Source of the DNA: Acidobacteriaceae bacterium
GTDB lineage: Bacteria > Acidobacteriota > Terriglobia > Terriglobales > Acidobacteriaceae
Direction of reading: 5' to 3'
DNA: 64,000 nucleotides
Assembly (NCBI GenBank): GCA_035944135.1
Contig: DASZBM010000006.1
Coordinates: 87,510 to 151,509, forward strand
In this document: positions 17,341 through 25,657 of the stretch, one piece after another
Layout: every line of letters begins with the position of its first letter
Numbering within the stretch: the first letter of the stretch is position 1
Translations under genes and position numbers: made by a program
Notes under the pieces: model-generated
What the model was told of the DNA's origin: nothing
The model's input: only the letters and a program-made list of their open reading frames with translations
The model's database searches: none

Positions 17341-17410
17341 GGCAGCCAATATATAGCGTGTGCGCAGACTTCCGCCGCAAAATTTTGTGCACTTCCGTAC
17401 TGCGCCACAG

Positions 17411-18589
17411 CTAGCTGCGTTCGAGCGCCATCGCAACCGAGTTGCCGCCGCCGAGGCAAAGCGCAGCGACTCCCTTGTGCACATCGCGCCGCTGCATCTC
17501 ATGCAGCAATGTGACGAGCACGCGCGCTCCGCTGGCGCCGATGGGATGACCGATGGCGACGGAGCCCCCATTGACGTTCACGCGTTCGAGCGAAAGGCCA
17601 AGCTCCTTCGTAACGCCGAGCGCCTGCACGGCAAACGCCTCGTTCAGCTCAAAGAGATCCACATCGGACATCGCCCAGCCGGCGCGCTCGAGAACGCGGC
17701 GCACGCCCGTGACGGGAGCAAGCATCACCCAGCGCGGCGCAACCCCGCTGGTGGCCTGCGCGCGAATGGTCGCAAGCGGAGTGAGTTTGAGCTCGCGCGC
17801 TTTCTCAGCCGACATGACAACCACCGCAGCAGCGGCGTCGTTCACGCCGGGAGCATTGCCGGCGGTCACAGTCCCCTGCTTGCGAAACGCCGGCTTGAGC
17901 GCGGCGAGCGCCTCAAGTGTCGCATCGTCACGCACGCTCTCGTCGCGCGTAACGGTGGTGCTTCCCTTCTTGCCCGGGACTTCGACGGGGACAATCTCCG
18001 CATTGAAGCGGCCCTCCTTCCACGCGGCCGCAGCTTTGCGATGCGATTCAAGCGCGTACTGGTCCTGCTGCTCGCGCGTGAAGCCGTGCTTGTCGGCGAC
18101 GAGCTCGGCGGTCTCGCCCATGTGGAAGTCCTCGCACGCGCACCACAAGCCATCACGAACCATCGAGTCGACGGCAGCGCTGTCGCCCATACGCATGCCC
18201 TTGCGCGCGGCGGGCAGAAGGTACGGCGCGTTCGACATCGATTCCATGCCGCCGGCGACGGCGATTTCGCTGTCTCCCTGCGCGATGGATTGCGCGGCGA
18301 GACCGACGGCGCGAAGCCCGGAGCCGCACACCATGTTGATCGTGAGCGCGCTTACCGAATCGGGAATACCGCCGCGCAATGCCGCCTGGCGTGCAGGATT
18401 TTGACCAAGCCCAGCGGGAAGAACACAGCCCATGACGCACTCGTCCACACTCGCAGAATCAATGCCGGCGCGGTCAATCGCTGCGCGCACCGCGATTGCG
18501 CCGAGCTCGATTGCGCTCAATGATGACAGTGCGCCGAGAAATTTTCCGACCGGTGTGCGAACGGCGCTGACGATGACGACTTCCCGCAT
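17411..18589 (-). CDS. Acetyl-CoA C-acetyltransferase (thiolase II)
   Basis: [17 protein letters not shown]..., active-site regions [11 protein letters not shown] and [14 protein letters not shown] at 18589 is preceded by GAGGAGAAGCAAGCA. The track's upstream extension to 18883 is not thiolase-like. Confidence 0.93.
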   Translation of the reverse strand: MREVVIVSAVRTPVGKFLGALSSLSAIELGAIAVRAAIDRAGIDSASVDECVMGCVLPAGLGQNPARQAALRGGIPDSVSALTINMVCGSGLRAVGLAAQSIAQGDSEIAVAGGMESMSNAPYLLPAARKGMRMGDSAAVDSMVRDGLWCACEDFHMGETAELVADKHGFTREQQDQYALESHRKAAAAWKEGRFNAEIVPVEVPGKKGSTTVTRDESVRDDATLEALAALKPAFRKQGTVTAGNAPGVNDAAAAVVVMSAEKARELKLTPLATIRAQATSGVAPRWVMLAPVTGVRRVLERAGWAMSDVDLFELNEAFAVQALGVTKELGLSLERVNVNGGSVAIGHPIGASGARVLVTLLHEMQRRDVHKGVAALCLGGGNSVAMALERS

Positions 18590-18764
18590 TGCTTGCTTCT
18601 CCTCAACGTAACTTCGCGACGAAGTATACGTGTGCTTTGGATGCGCTGGCACTCGTGCGCGGTGCGCGAGTGAAGGAGCGTGAGAGCAAGTTGGAGGCCG
18701 ACGAAGAGACGCGGAGGCTGTGCAAAGCAGGGTAGAAATTTCGCTCTTAATCTTCTTTTTTCTC

Positions 18765-18793
18765 TTGACTCTAACGCGCAAGAAATCTATACC
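18765..18793 (+). promoter_or_regulatory. Candidate sigma70-type promoter
   Basis: TTGACT (18765-18770), 17-nt spacer, TATACC (18788-18793). Preceded by a T/A-rich tract (tcttaatcttcttttttctc). Confidence 0.4.
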
Positions 18794-18799
18794 TTCGTT

Positions 18800-18925
18800 A
18801 GCTGCATTGCAGCGTCGATGGTCTTCATCGATTGGGAGCGCAGGCAAACGCAACCAAGGCAAAGCATCAAACCAAGGCAACACACTCGGGGGACGCTAAT
18901 AAAGAGCGTCCCCCGAGGTGTTTTC
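18800..18925 (+). ncRNA. Candidate small RNA or cis-acting leader (about 125 nt), uncharacterised
   Basis: Bounded by the promoter above and a strong intrinsic terminator. Contains hairpins GCTGC-att-GCAGC and TCGATG-gtctt-CATCGA. A C/A-rich single-stranded stretch carries the duplicated word AACCAAGGCAA (18852-18862, 18870-18880). No credible ORF. Confidence 0.35.
18885..18925 (+). terminator. Intrinsic terminator (13-bp perfect stem plus U-tract)
   Basis: CTCGGGGGACGCT (18885-18897), loop AATAAAG, AGCGTCCCCCGAG (18905-18917), followed by GTGTTTTCC. Ends 68 nt upstream of the rsmE ATG. Confidence 0.7.
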
Positions 18926-18992
18926 CGCCCTTTATTCATGCGCCTTTTCGCGTGCTCTCACAAATTCCCGCTTCGCAGTATTCTGAGAGGCG

Positions 18993-19700
18993 ATGACACG
19001 CCGACGCTGGATCGCAGACAAATTCACCGACACAACCGCATCCCTCACCGGAGACCAGGCGCTGCACCTCGCACGCGTTCTGAGGGCGCAACCGGGACAA
19101 ATTTTCGACGTCGTGGCGAATGGATTCCTCCGGCGTGCCACAGTGGTCAATGTCGCCGAGCAGGAGGTGACGTTCGCGTTGGGCGAGGAGTTGGAATCTG
19201 AAGCCGCGCTTCCGGTGCACCTTCTGCTCGCAATCATCAAGTTCGATCACTACGAGTGGGGAATGGAAAAACTGACAGAGCTCGGCGCCGCGCGAATCAC
19301 GCCGGTGATTGCGCGCAGGACAGAGAAACATCTCGCGCACGCCGCGGCAAAGCGTGTAGAGCGGTGGCGCAGGATCGCGCTCGAAGCGGCGAAGCAGTCG
19401 CGCAGAAGCGATCTGCCGCAGGTGGATGATCCGCTGCCGCTGAAGCAGGCGCTGGCGCAGGTGAGCGCGCCGGTGAAGTTGCTGCTCGCCGAGACGGAGC
19501 AGGAGAATTCGTTAGCCGCTGCGCTGAAGGATGGGATGGGAGAAGTTGCGCTGGCGATCGGGCCGGAGGGTGGATGGACGCCGGAAGAGATGGCACTGTT
19601 CAGCGAGAACGGGTGGCGGCACGTGACGCTGGGGCCGAGGATCCTGCGCGCCGAAACGGCGGCGATTGCGGCGCTCAGTGTTTGTTCGGCGCTGCTTTGA
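18993..19700 (+). CDS. rsmE: 16S rRNA (uracil1498-N3)-methyltransferase
   Basis: 235 aa. MTRRRWIA..., PUA-like N-terminus. C-terminal SPOUT domain with KFDHYEWGMEKLTELGAARITPV and IGPEGGWTPEE...LGPRILRAETAAIAAL. Confidence 0.9.
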   Translation: MTRRRWIADKFTDTTASLTGDQALHLARVLRAQPGQIFDVVANGFLRRATVVNVAEQEVTFALGEELESEAALPVHLLLAIIKFDHYEWGMEKLTELGAARITPVIARRTEKHLAHAAAKRVERWRRIALEAAKQSRRSDLPQVDDPLPLKQALAQVSAPVKLLLAETEQENSLAAALKDGMGEVALAIGPEGGWTPEEMALFSENGWRHVTLGPRILRAETAAIAALSVCSALL

Positions 19701-19742
19701 AAAAGCAAATCCCCTGCGGGGATGACAGAAAGAAAGCAAAAA

Positions 19743-19762
19743 CGGCCGGAGTTCTCCGGCCG
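19743..19762. terminator. Bidirectional terminator between rsmE and dnaJ
   Basis: CGGCCGGAG-tt-CTCCGGCCG (9-bp stem). On the minus strand it is followed by TTTTTGCTTTCTTTC. Confidence 0.65.
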
Positions 19763-19790
19763 CTCTACTGTCTATTCTCTACTGTCTTCC
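19763..19790 (-). repeat. Tandem 14-mer (2 units) sharing an 11-mer with locus 23601-23635
   Basis: ctctactgtct-att ctctactgtct-tcc (mRNA sense AGACAGTAGAG x2). Lies between the dnaJ stop (19791-19793) and the terminator hairpin. Confidence 0.8.
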
Positions 19791-20930
19791 CTACGAGAAC
19801 ATCTCCTTGACCTTGTCGAAGATCCCGCGCGACTGCGGGATGTTGTCGACCTTCATCGACTCGTTCAGCTGCCGCATAAGCTCCTTCTGCTGCTTCGTGA
19901 GCTTTGCGGGGGTCTGCACGCGGACCTCGACGATGAGGTCGCCGCGGCCGTGCGCGTTCAGGTGCGGAACACCCTTGCCGCGCAGACGGAACTCCTTGCC
20001 GCTCTGCGTTCCTTCCGGAACCTTGAGCGTCTCGGGTCCGTGCAGCGTTTCAATCTCAAGTTCGGTGCCGAGCGCGGCCTGCGGAAAACTGATCGGCATC
20101 ACGCAGTGCAGATCGTCGCCGTCGCGCTCGAAGAACTTGTGCGCGCGGACTTCCAGCACGACATATAAATCGCCTGAGGGGCCGCCCCACTTGCCGGCGT
20201 CGCCTTCGCCGCCGTAGCGAATTCGCGTCTCGTTCTCAACACCCGCGGGGACCTTGACGAGAATCTTGTGCTCGCGCGGAACACGCCCATCGCCGCGGCA
20301 GGTCTTGCATGGGTGACGAACGATCGAGCCTGTGCCCGAGCAGACCGGGCAGGTGCGCGCGACAGAGAAGAAGCCCTGCTGCGTGCGAATCTGCCCGCGG
20401 CCGCCGCACTGCTGGCATGTCTCGGGCTGGCGTCCGCCTTCGCTTCCGGTGCCGCTGCAATCGGTACACGCCTCGGCACGGCGGATGTTGATCTCGCGCT
20501 CGATGCCGAAGACGGCCTCTTCGAATTCGAGCCGCAGGTCGAACTTGATGTCGCGTCCGCGCTGCGCGCGCGAGGCACGGCCCCCGCGGCTGCCCATGTT
20601 GAACATCTCGCCGAACAGATCGCCGAAGATGTCCCCGATGTCTCCCTGCGCGAAAGGACCGCCGGCGAACGGGTTGCCCGCCGCACCCGCGGCGCCCACG
20701 CCCGCGTGGCCGTACCGGTCGTAGGCGGCGCGCTTATCCGGGTCGCTCAGCACCTGGTAGGCTTCGCTGCACGCCTTGAACTTCTCCTCCGCGTCCGGAT
20801 TATTCGGATTGCGGTCGGGGTGGTGCTGCATCGCGAGCTTACGGTATGCGGCTTTCAGTTCCGCGTCCGTCGCCGTGCGCTCTACCTGTAAAACCTCGTA
20901 GTAGTCCATCTTCATCGTTGCGGTCGCCAT
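19791..20930 (-). CDS. dnaJ: Molecular chaperone DnaJ
   Basis: 379 aa. J domain [34 protein letters not shown], a G/F region, four CxxCxGxG zinc motifs, and a C-terminal substrate-binding domain. Confidence 0.95.
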   Translation of the reverse strand: MATATMKMDYYEVLQVERTATDAELKAAYRKLAMQHHPDRNPNNPDAEEKFKACSEAYQVLSDPDKRAAYDRYGHAGVGAAGAAGNPFAGGPFAQGDIGDIFGDLFGEMFNMGSRGGRASRAQRGRDIKFDLRLEFEEAVFGIEREINIRRAEACTDCSGTGSEGGRQPETCQQCGGRGQIRTQQGFFSVARTCPVCSGTGSIVRHPCKTCRGDGRVPREHKILVKVPAGVENETRIRYGGEGDAGKWGGPSGDLYVVLEVRAHKFFERDGDDLHCVMPISFPQAALGTELEIETLHGPETLKVPEGTQSGKEFRLRGKGVPHLNAHGRGDLIVEVRVQTPAKLTKQQKELMRQLNESMKVDNIPQSRGIFDKVKEMFS

Positions 20931-20990
20931 CTACACACTTCCCATCATCGCTCGCGGGCCGTTTCGGCACGCGGCTGAACAGAACTTCAA

Positions 20991-21554
20991 CTATTCACTA
21001 ACCTGCTTCGCATTCGTTGCGATCTTCACCAGTGCGGGACGCAGGAGCTTGTCGCGCAGCTTGTACCCCCGACGGATCTCCTCAACGACCTGGTGGTCAG
21101 GCACGTCTTCGCGCTCTTCGCTCCCCAGCGCCTCATGCACGCGCGGATCAAACTGCGCCCCAACGGCGTCGACGGGCTGCACGTTCAGTCCGCGCAGCGC
21201 CTCCTCCATCTGCTTCAGGATGAGCTCCACTCCGGCGCGAAGCTGCTCGACGGAACCCTGCGCCTTAAGCGCCAGACCGAAGTTGTCCATCACGCCGAGG
21301 AAGGGTTCGACCGCAGATTGCACCGCATAGTCGCGCGCATCCTGGCGCTCCTTGATCTCGCGCTTGCGTGCGTTGTCGAACTCCGCCTGCAGGCGCGCGA
21401 GACGGTCCTTGGCCGCGTCGCGTTCCTCGCGCAGTGCGGCGATCTCGGCTGCCTGCGGGTCGGGCTGCGCTTGCTCGGCCGCCGCCTCAACCTGTCCATC
21501 CGGCGCGCCCTCCGGCGCCTCTTCAACCCGCTGCATCTCTTCTGTTTCCGCCAT
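20991..21554 (-). CDS. grpE: Nucleotide exchange factor GrpE
   Basis: Coiled-coil N-terminus and C-terminal ..FDPRVHEALGSEE..VVEEIRRGYKL.DKLLRPALVKI. Start set to the ATG at 21554 (MAETEEMQ), preceded by GGAAAGGATAGACGT. The track ORF extends to 21620. Confidence 0.88.
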   Translation of the reverse strand: MAETEEMQRVEEAPEGAPDGQVEAAAEQAQPDPQAAEIAALREERDAAKDRLARLQAEFDNARKREIKERQDARDYAVQSAVEPFLGVMDNFGLALKAQGSVEQLRAGVELILKQMEEALRGLNVQPVDAVGAQFDPRVHEALGSEEREDVPDHQVVEEIRRGYKLRDKLLRPALVKIATNAKQVSE

Positions 21555-21653
21555 ACGTCTATCCTTTCCAAAAACTCCGGGCCGGCCCCACCGCGCAGCT
21601 CGATCTCGAATATTGCTCATCGCTAACCTCTATCTCTCTATGTACAGATGCCG

Positions 21654-22721
21654 CTAGGAGCTTCGCGGCATCAGGGCGCGCTCCAGCATCTGCGCCACGT
21701 AAGCCACGGCGCTCATGTTGCTCGGATAGTTCATGCGCTTGGGCCCGATCACGCCAACCGAACCGAGATTTTCGCCGGCGACGCGTGCAGGCGCGGCAAT
21801 GAGCACCAGGCCGGCCATTTCCGGCGCCTGCTGCTCGAGGTCGAATACGACGCGCACGGACTCCTGCCGCGTATCCACATAGGCGTTCAGCAGCTCGATG
21901 AGCCGCTCCTTGGTTTCGAGCGCGGTGAGCATCTCGCGCAGCCGCTCGCGATCTTCAGGCAGCCCGAGCAGGTTCGCGACGCCATCCACGAAGACCGCCT
22001 GGCTGCCCGCCGCAATGCCAACCGTCTGGTTCCAGAGCTGCTGCGCGGCCTCCATCATCTGCTGGTAGGCGCTGCGCTCCGTCTCGATCAACCGCGCCAG
22101 CTCCACGCGAATGCGCTCCATGCTCCATCCGCGGAAGTGCTCATTCAGGAACCTCGCCGCGGTCTCTAACTCCAGCATCGTGAGGTCGCGATCGAGCGCC
22201 AGCACGCGGTCGCGCACCATGCCGCTGCGCGTGACTACGACGGCCAGCACACGCCGCTCCACGAGACGACTGAAATGCACATGCTCCAGTGTGTCGTGCG
22301 AACTCGCGGTCGACATCGCAATCCCAACGCCGCTCGACAGCACCGCCAGCACATGCGACGTCCGCTCCAGCAGCGCCTCAGCTCCGGCAATGCCCGCAAG
22401 GCTGTTATCGATGCGCGACTGCACCTCAGCGGCCGAAGGTCCGGTCAGTCGCGCGATATTGTCCTTGCTGAGCTGCTCAACGTACAGGCGAAACGCGCGC
22501 GCCGACGGAACGCGCCCCGCCGAGGTGTGCGGCTGCTCGAGAAATCCCTGCTCAGAGAGCTCCACCATCTCATTGCGGATCGTTGCCGAGCTCGCCGGAC
22601 CCGACGCAAGGTTCTCCAGGCGCGCAATCGCACCCGAGCTCACCGGCTCGCCCGTAGCAATATATTGCTCGACGACCGCCGTGAGAATCTCGCGCTGCCG
22701 GTTTGTGATTTCGTTCCGCAT
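21654..22721 (-). CDS. hrcA: Heat-inducible transcription repressor HrcA
   Basis: 355 aa. N-terminal winged helix: TNRQREILTAVVEQYIATGEPVSSGAIA. ...LEQPHTSAGRVPS. C-terminal GSVGVIGPKRMNY. Confidence 0.93.
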   Translation of the reverse strand: MRNEITNRQREILTAVVEQYIATGEPVSSGAIARLENLASGPASSATIRNEMVELSEQGFLEQPHTSAGRVPSARAFRLYVEQLSKDNIARLTGPSAAEVQSRIDNSLAGIAGAEALLERTSHVLAVLSSGVGIAMSTASSHDTLEHVHFSRLVERRVLAVVVTRSGMVRDRVLALDRDLTMLELETAARFLNEHFRGWSMERIRVELARLIETERSAYQQMMEAAQQLWNQTVGIAAGSQAVFVDGVANLLGLPEDRERLREMLTALETKERLIELLNAYVDTRQESVRVVFDLEQQAPEMAGLVLIAAPARVAGENLGSVGVIGPKRMNYPSNMSAVAYVAQMLERALMPRSS

Positions 22722-22730
22722 GCTTGCGTC

Positions 22731-22752
22731 CCTAACTTCCTAACTCCTAATT
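22731..22752 (-). repeat. Heptamer/octamer tandem repeat forming iterated SD-like GGA motifs upstream of hrcA
   Basis: Plus strand reads cctaactt cctaact cctaatt. On the mRNA: AATTAGGAGTTAGGAAGTTAGGGACGCAAGC-ATG(hrcA). It fills most of the 36-nt spacer between the apbC stop and the hrcA start. Confidence 0.8.
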
Positions 22753-22757
22753 CGTTT

Positions 22758-23591
22758 CTACGAAATCTCCAGCACATTCTCGCTCTGCGCGGCGACCTGC
22801 TCGGCGCGTTCCTTGATCTTTTGCGCAATCGCGGCGAACTCACGCCCGCGCGCCGACTGATCACCGGCCAGCGATGCGGGCAGCCCGCGGTCGCCGCCCT
22901 CACGCACCTGCGGGTCGAGATCCACTGACCCGAGAAACGTGATGCTGAACTGCTTCGCCGTCTGCTCGGTCGCACCCGCGCCGAATACGTCGATCACGGT
23001 TCCGTCGGGCAACGTCATCTGGCTCATGTTCTCAATCATGCCCAGCACCTCGACGTTCACCTGGTGGAACATCTCGAGCGCCTTGCGCGCATCCTGCAGC
23101 GCCACACTCGATCCCGTCGAGACAACGACAGCGCCGGTCAGCGGCACGGTCTGCACCAGCGAAATCACCACATCGCCCGTGCCCGGCGGCAGGTCGACGA
23201 TCAAAAAGTCCAGTTCGCCCCACGCCACCTGCTGCAGGAACTGCTTGATGATCCCGTGCAGCATCGGCCCGCGCATAACCATCGGCTTGTCGCCCGGCGA
23301 GATCAGCCCAACCGACATGAACTTCACGCCATGCGCCGTCAGCGGCTCAATCATGTTGCCCGGCAGCACTGAAGGCTGACGCGTAACGCCAAGCATCGTC
23401 GGCACATTCGGGCCGTAGATGTCTGCATCCAGCAAGCCCACCTTGTAGCCCTGCTTCGCCAACGTCACCGCGAGATTCACCGCAACCGTGGTTTTGCCGA
23501 CGCCGCCCTTGCCCGAGCCCACCGCCACCACATACTGCACGCCCGGAAGCGCCTGCGGTCCCATCGGCTGTCCTGATCCTGTATGTCCCAT
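22758..23591 (-). CDS. apbC: Mrp/NBP35-family iron-sulfur cluster carrier ATPase
   Basis: 277 aa. Deviant Walker A: VAVGSGKGGVGKTTVAVNLA. DADIYGPN. The CxxC-type region is not obvious. Confidence 0.88.
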   Translation of the reverse strand: MGHTGSGQPMGPQALPGVQYVVAVGSGKGGVGKTTVAVNLAVTLAKQGYKVGLLDADIYGPNVPTMLGVTRQPSVLPGNMIEPLTAHGVKFMSVGLISPGDKPMVMRGPMLHGIIKQFLQQVAWGELDFLIVDLPPGTGDVVISLVQTVPLTGAVVVSTGSSVALQDARKALEMFHQVNVEVLGMIENMSQMTLPDGTVIDVFGAGATEQTAKQFSITFLGSVDLDPQVREGGDRGLPASLAGDQSARGREFAAIAQKIKERAEQVAAQSENVLEIS

Positions 23592-23600
23592 CAGTCTTCT

Positions 23601-23635
23601 CTCTACTCTCTACTGTCTACCCTCTACTGTCTGTC
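23601..23635 (-). repeat. Tandem 7/14-mer repeat sharing an 11-mer with locus 19763-19790
   Basis: ctctact ctctactgtctacc ctctactgtctgtc. On the mRNA: ACAGACAGTAGAG-G-GTAGACAGTAGAG-AGTAGAG. Lies between the thioesterase stop (23636) and the apbC start (23591). Confidence 0.8.
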
Positions 23636-24181
23636 TCAAACATGCCACTCGGGAGGAAGCGTCGCGCGCAGTTCCCTGCGCCGTGCCACCTCACCGCTGC
23701 GCATCTCGCGCCTGCGGCCCGCATCCTCGAACCGTCGCTTCTGATGCTCGGTCTCCGCGATCACCTGCGGCACCTCGATGCGGTTGCCGCTCGCGTCGAC
23801 CGCAACGAACGTCAGATACGCCGAAGCCACCTGCCGGAAGCCGCCTCTACGAACGTCCTCCACCATCGCTTTGACGCCGACCTCCATGGAGGTGCGAAAG
23901 GCACGGTTCACACTCGATTTGAGGATGAGCAGGTCGCCAACCTTCACCGGCGCCACAAAATCCAGGTGGTCCATCGAAGCTGTGACCGTGTACGCCCGCG
24001 CGTGCCGGCTCGCGGCCATCGCGCCAACCAGGTCGATGAACTGCATCAGCCGCCCGCCGAAGAGGTTCCCGATTGCGTTCGCGTCATTCGGAAAGATAAT
24101 CTCGCTGCGTTCGGACTGGGACTCGGAGACCGGCCGCGCGGCCACACCTTCGCTCATCCTGCTTGCCATACCTCCGCTCAA
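23636..24181 (-). CDS. Acyl-CoA thioesterase (hotdog fold, YciA-like)
   Basis: 181 aa. IFPNDANAIGNLFGGRLMQFIDLVGAMAA...VTASMDHLDFVAPVKVGDLL. Exact start ambiguous (TTG 24181, or the internal ATGs in MASRMSEG). Confidence 0.85.
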   Translation of the reverse strand: MSGGMASRMSEGVAARPVSESQSERSEIIFPNDANAIGNLFGGRLMQFIDLVGAMAASRHARAYTVTASMDHLDFVAPVKVGDLLILKSSVNRAFRTSMEVGVKAMVEDVRRGGFRQVASAYLTFVAVDASGNRIEVPQVIAETEHQKRRFEDAGRRREMRSGEVARRRELRATLPPEWHV

Positions 24182-24302
24182 GTTTCGGGATTTGATCCCT
24201 CTCTATATTCTAAATCTCCCGCCAATTCTTCGCGTCCGGCGGCGTCGGCCGCGCATCTCACTCCCGAACACCCACAGTTCCAGCCACTTACAGGAGCCGC
24301 CG

Positions 24303-25262
24303 ATGAACGCCGCCCTGGTCGAATCCTTCCAGTCGCCGCCGCGCTACACGCAATTCGACGATCCGCAGCCGCAACCCAGCGAGTCGTTGGTCGCCGTCCT
24401 CGCCGCCGGCCTGCACCCCATCGTCAAGGCGCTTGCCAAAGGTTCGCACTACGGCAGCACCGGCAAGCTGCCGTTCGTTCCTGGCCTCGACGGCGTCGGC
24501 CGGCTCGACGACGGCCGCCGCGTCTTCTTCGGCGCCTCGCGTCCGCCGTTCGGCTCCATGGCCGAGCGCACCATCGCTCGGCCGCCGTTCCTCATCCCGC
24601 TGCCCGACGCGATCCCTGACGCCGCAGCCGCCGCGCTCGGTAACCCGGCGATGTCTTCCTGGGCCGCTCTCGCGCATCGCGCAAAGTTCACCGCCGGCGA
24701 AAGCATCCTGGTCCTCGGCGCGACGGGCGTGGCCGGCCAGCTCGCCGTGCAGATCGCGAAGCGCCTCGGTGCCGCACGCGTCGTCGCCTGCGGCCGCAAT
24801 CCTGAAGCTCTCGCCAAAACCAAATCGCTCGGCGCGGACGCAACCATTTCGCTCGAGCTTTCGCACGACGAGCTCGTCACCGCACTCCGCCGCGAGATCG
24901 ACAACGGCATCGACATAGTTCTCGATTACCTCTGGGGCGCACCAGCCGAAGCCACGCTCGAAGCCATCGCGAAGAAAGGTCTCAGCCACGCGACCGCGCG
25001 CATCCGCTACATCCAGATCGGCAACAGCGCCGGCGCGAAAATCTGGCTGGAAGCCTCAGTGCTCCGCAGCTCTGGGCTCGAGCTTCTCGGCAGCGGCTTC
25101 GGCAGCGCCTCCATGCAGGATCTCGCCGCGTCCATCGCCGACTTCTTCGCCGAGGCCGCGCGCAAGCCATTCGAGATCAGCGTCCGAACCTTTCCTTTAC
25201 GCGACGTCTCCGCTGCATGGAATGAGCCCGACGGCGACGCCCGCTTCGTCTTCGTGCCATAA
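24303..25262 (+). CDS. Zinc-binding/MDR-family oxidoreductase (quinone oxidoreductase-like)
   Basis: Start ATG at 24303 after ACAGGAGCCGCCG. MNAALVESFQSPP... Rossmann motif VLGATGVAGQLAVQIAKRLGA. The track's ORF from 23778 is an out-of-context N-terminal extension antisense to the thioesterase. Confidence 0.85.
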   Translation: MNAALVESFQSPPRYTQFDDPQPQPSESLVAVLAAGLHPIVKALAKGSHYGSTGKLPFVPGLDGVGRLDDGRRVFFGASRPPFGSMAERTIARPPFLIPLPDAIPDAAAAALGNPAMSSWAALAHRAKFTAGESILVLGATGVAGQLAVQIAKRLGAARVVACGRNPEALAKTKSLGADATISLELSHDELVTALRREIDNGIDIVLDYLWGAPAEATLEAIAKKGLSHATARIRYIQIGNSAGAKIWLEASVLRSSGLELLGSGFGSASMQDLAASIADFFAEAARKPFEISVRTFPLRDVSAAWNEPDGDARFVFVP

Positions 25263-25348
25263 CCCACCACTGGGTGCTCCATTCATCGTGCGTCGTACGC
25301 GCGCTGGGTGGGGTTGCGATCACTCCCATCCCACCGCATCCTAAGAAC

Positions 25349-25657
25349 ATGGACAAGATCGCCATGCTCACCGACATCCTCGCGCAGCACCCCACCGACG
25401 CCTTCGCGCGCTACGGCCTCGCCATGGCCTACGCCGCGGACGGCAAGACCGACGACGCCCTGCGCGAGTTCGCAACGACCATCCAGCACAACCCGGACTA
25501 CGTGCCCGCCTTCCAGATGTCCGCGCAGACGCTGCTCAAGCTCGGACGCACCGACGAAGCCCGCCAGCAGCTCAATCAAGGTCTTGCCGCCGCCGCACGC
25601 AGCGGCAACGCCCACGCCGCAAGCGAGATGCAGGCCATGCTCGACGACATCAGCTGA
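25349..25657 (+). CDS. Small tetratricopeptide-repeat protein
   Basis: MDKIAMLTDILAQHPTDAFARYGLAMAYAADGKTDDALREFATTIQHNPDYVPAFQMSAQTLLKLGRTDEA, TPR-like helices. Start chosen at the ATG at 25349. Confidence 0.75.
   Translation: MDKIAMLTDILAQHPTDAFARYGLAMAYAADGKTDDALREFATTIQHNPDYVPAFQMSAQTLLKLGRTDEARQQLNQGLAAAARSGNAHAASEMQAMLDDIS

Noticed and set aside
17341-17571. N-terminal extensions offered by the track: M1 peptidase to 17571, thiolase to 18883, oxidoreductase from 23778, glgE from 43114, grpE to 21620, mocA to 55857, cysD to 60174, OmpA-like from 60333
   Set aside because: The extensions overlap neighbouring genes or lack family-like sequence. Internal starts with SD sequences and/or signal peptides fit better.
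18647-18672. TGGCACTC...GAGTG inverted repeat upstream of the thiolase, as a CIRCE operator or sigma54 promoter
   Set aside because: The half-sites are GCACTC-N13-GAGTGA, not TTAGCACTC-N9-GAGTGCTAA. No TTGC sits at the correct -12 spacing after TGGCAC. It is probably just a 9-bp GC-rich hairpin.
18807-18899. A 30-codon TTG-initiated ORF ([30 protein letters not shown]) inside the candidate sRNA
   Set aside because: No SD, a non-ATG start only about 7 nt from the predicted transcript 5' end, and a stop codon inside the terminator loop. It cannot be excluded, but it is less likely than a non-coding role.
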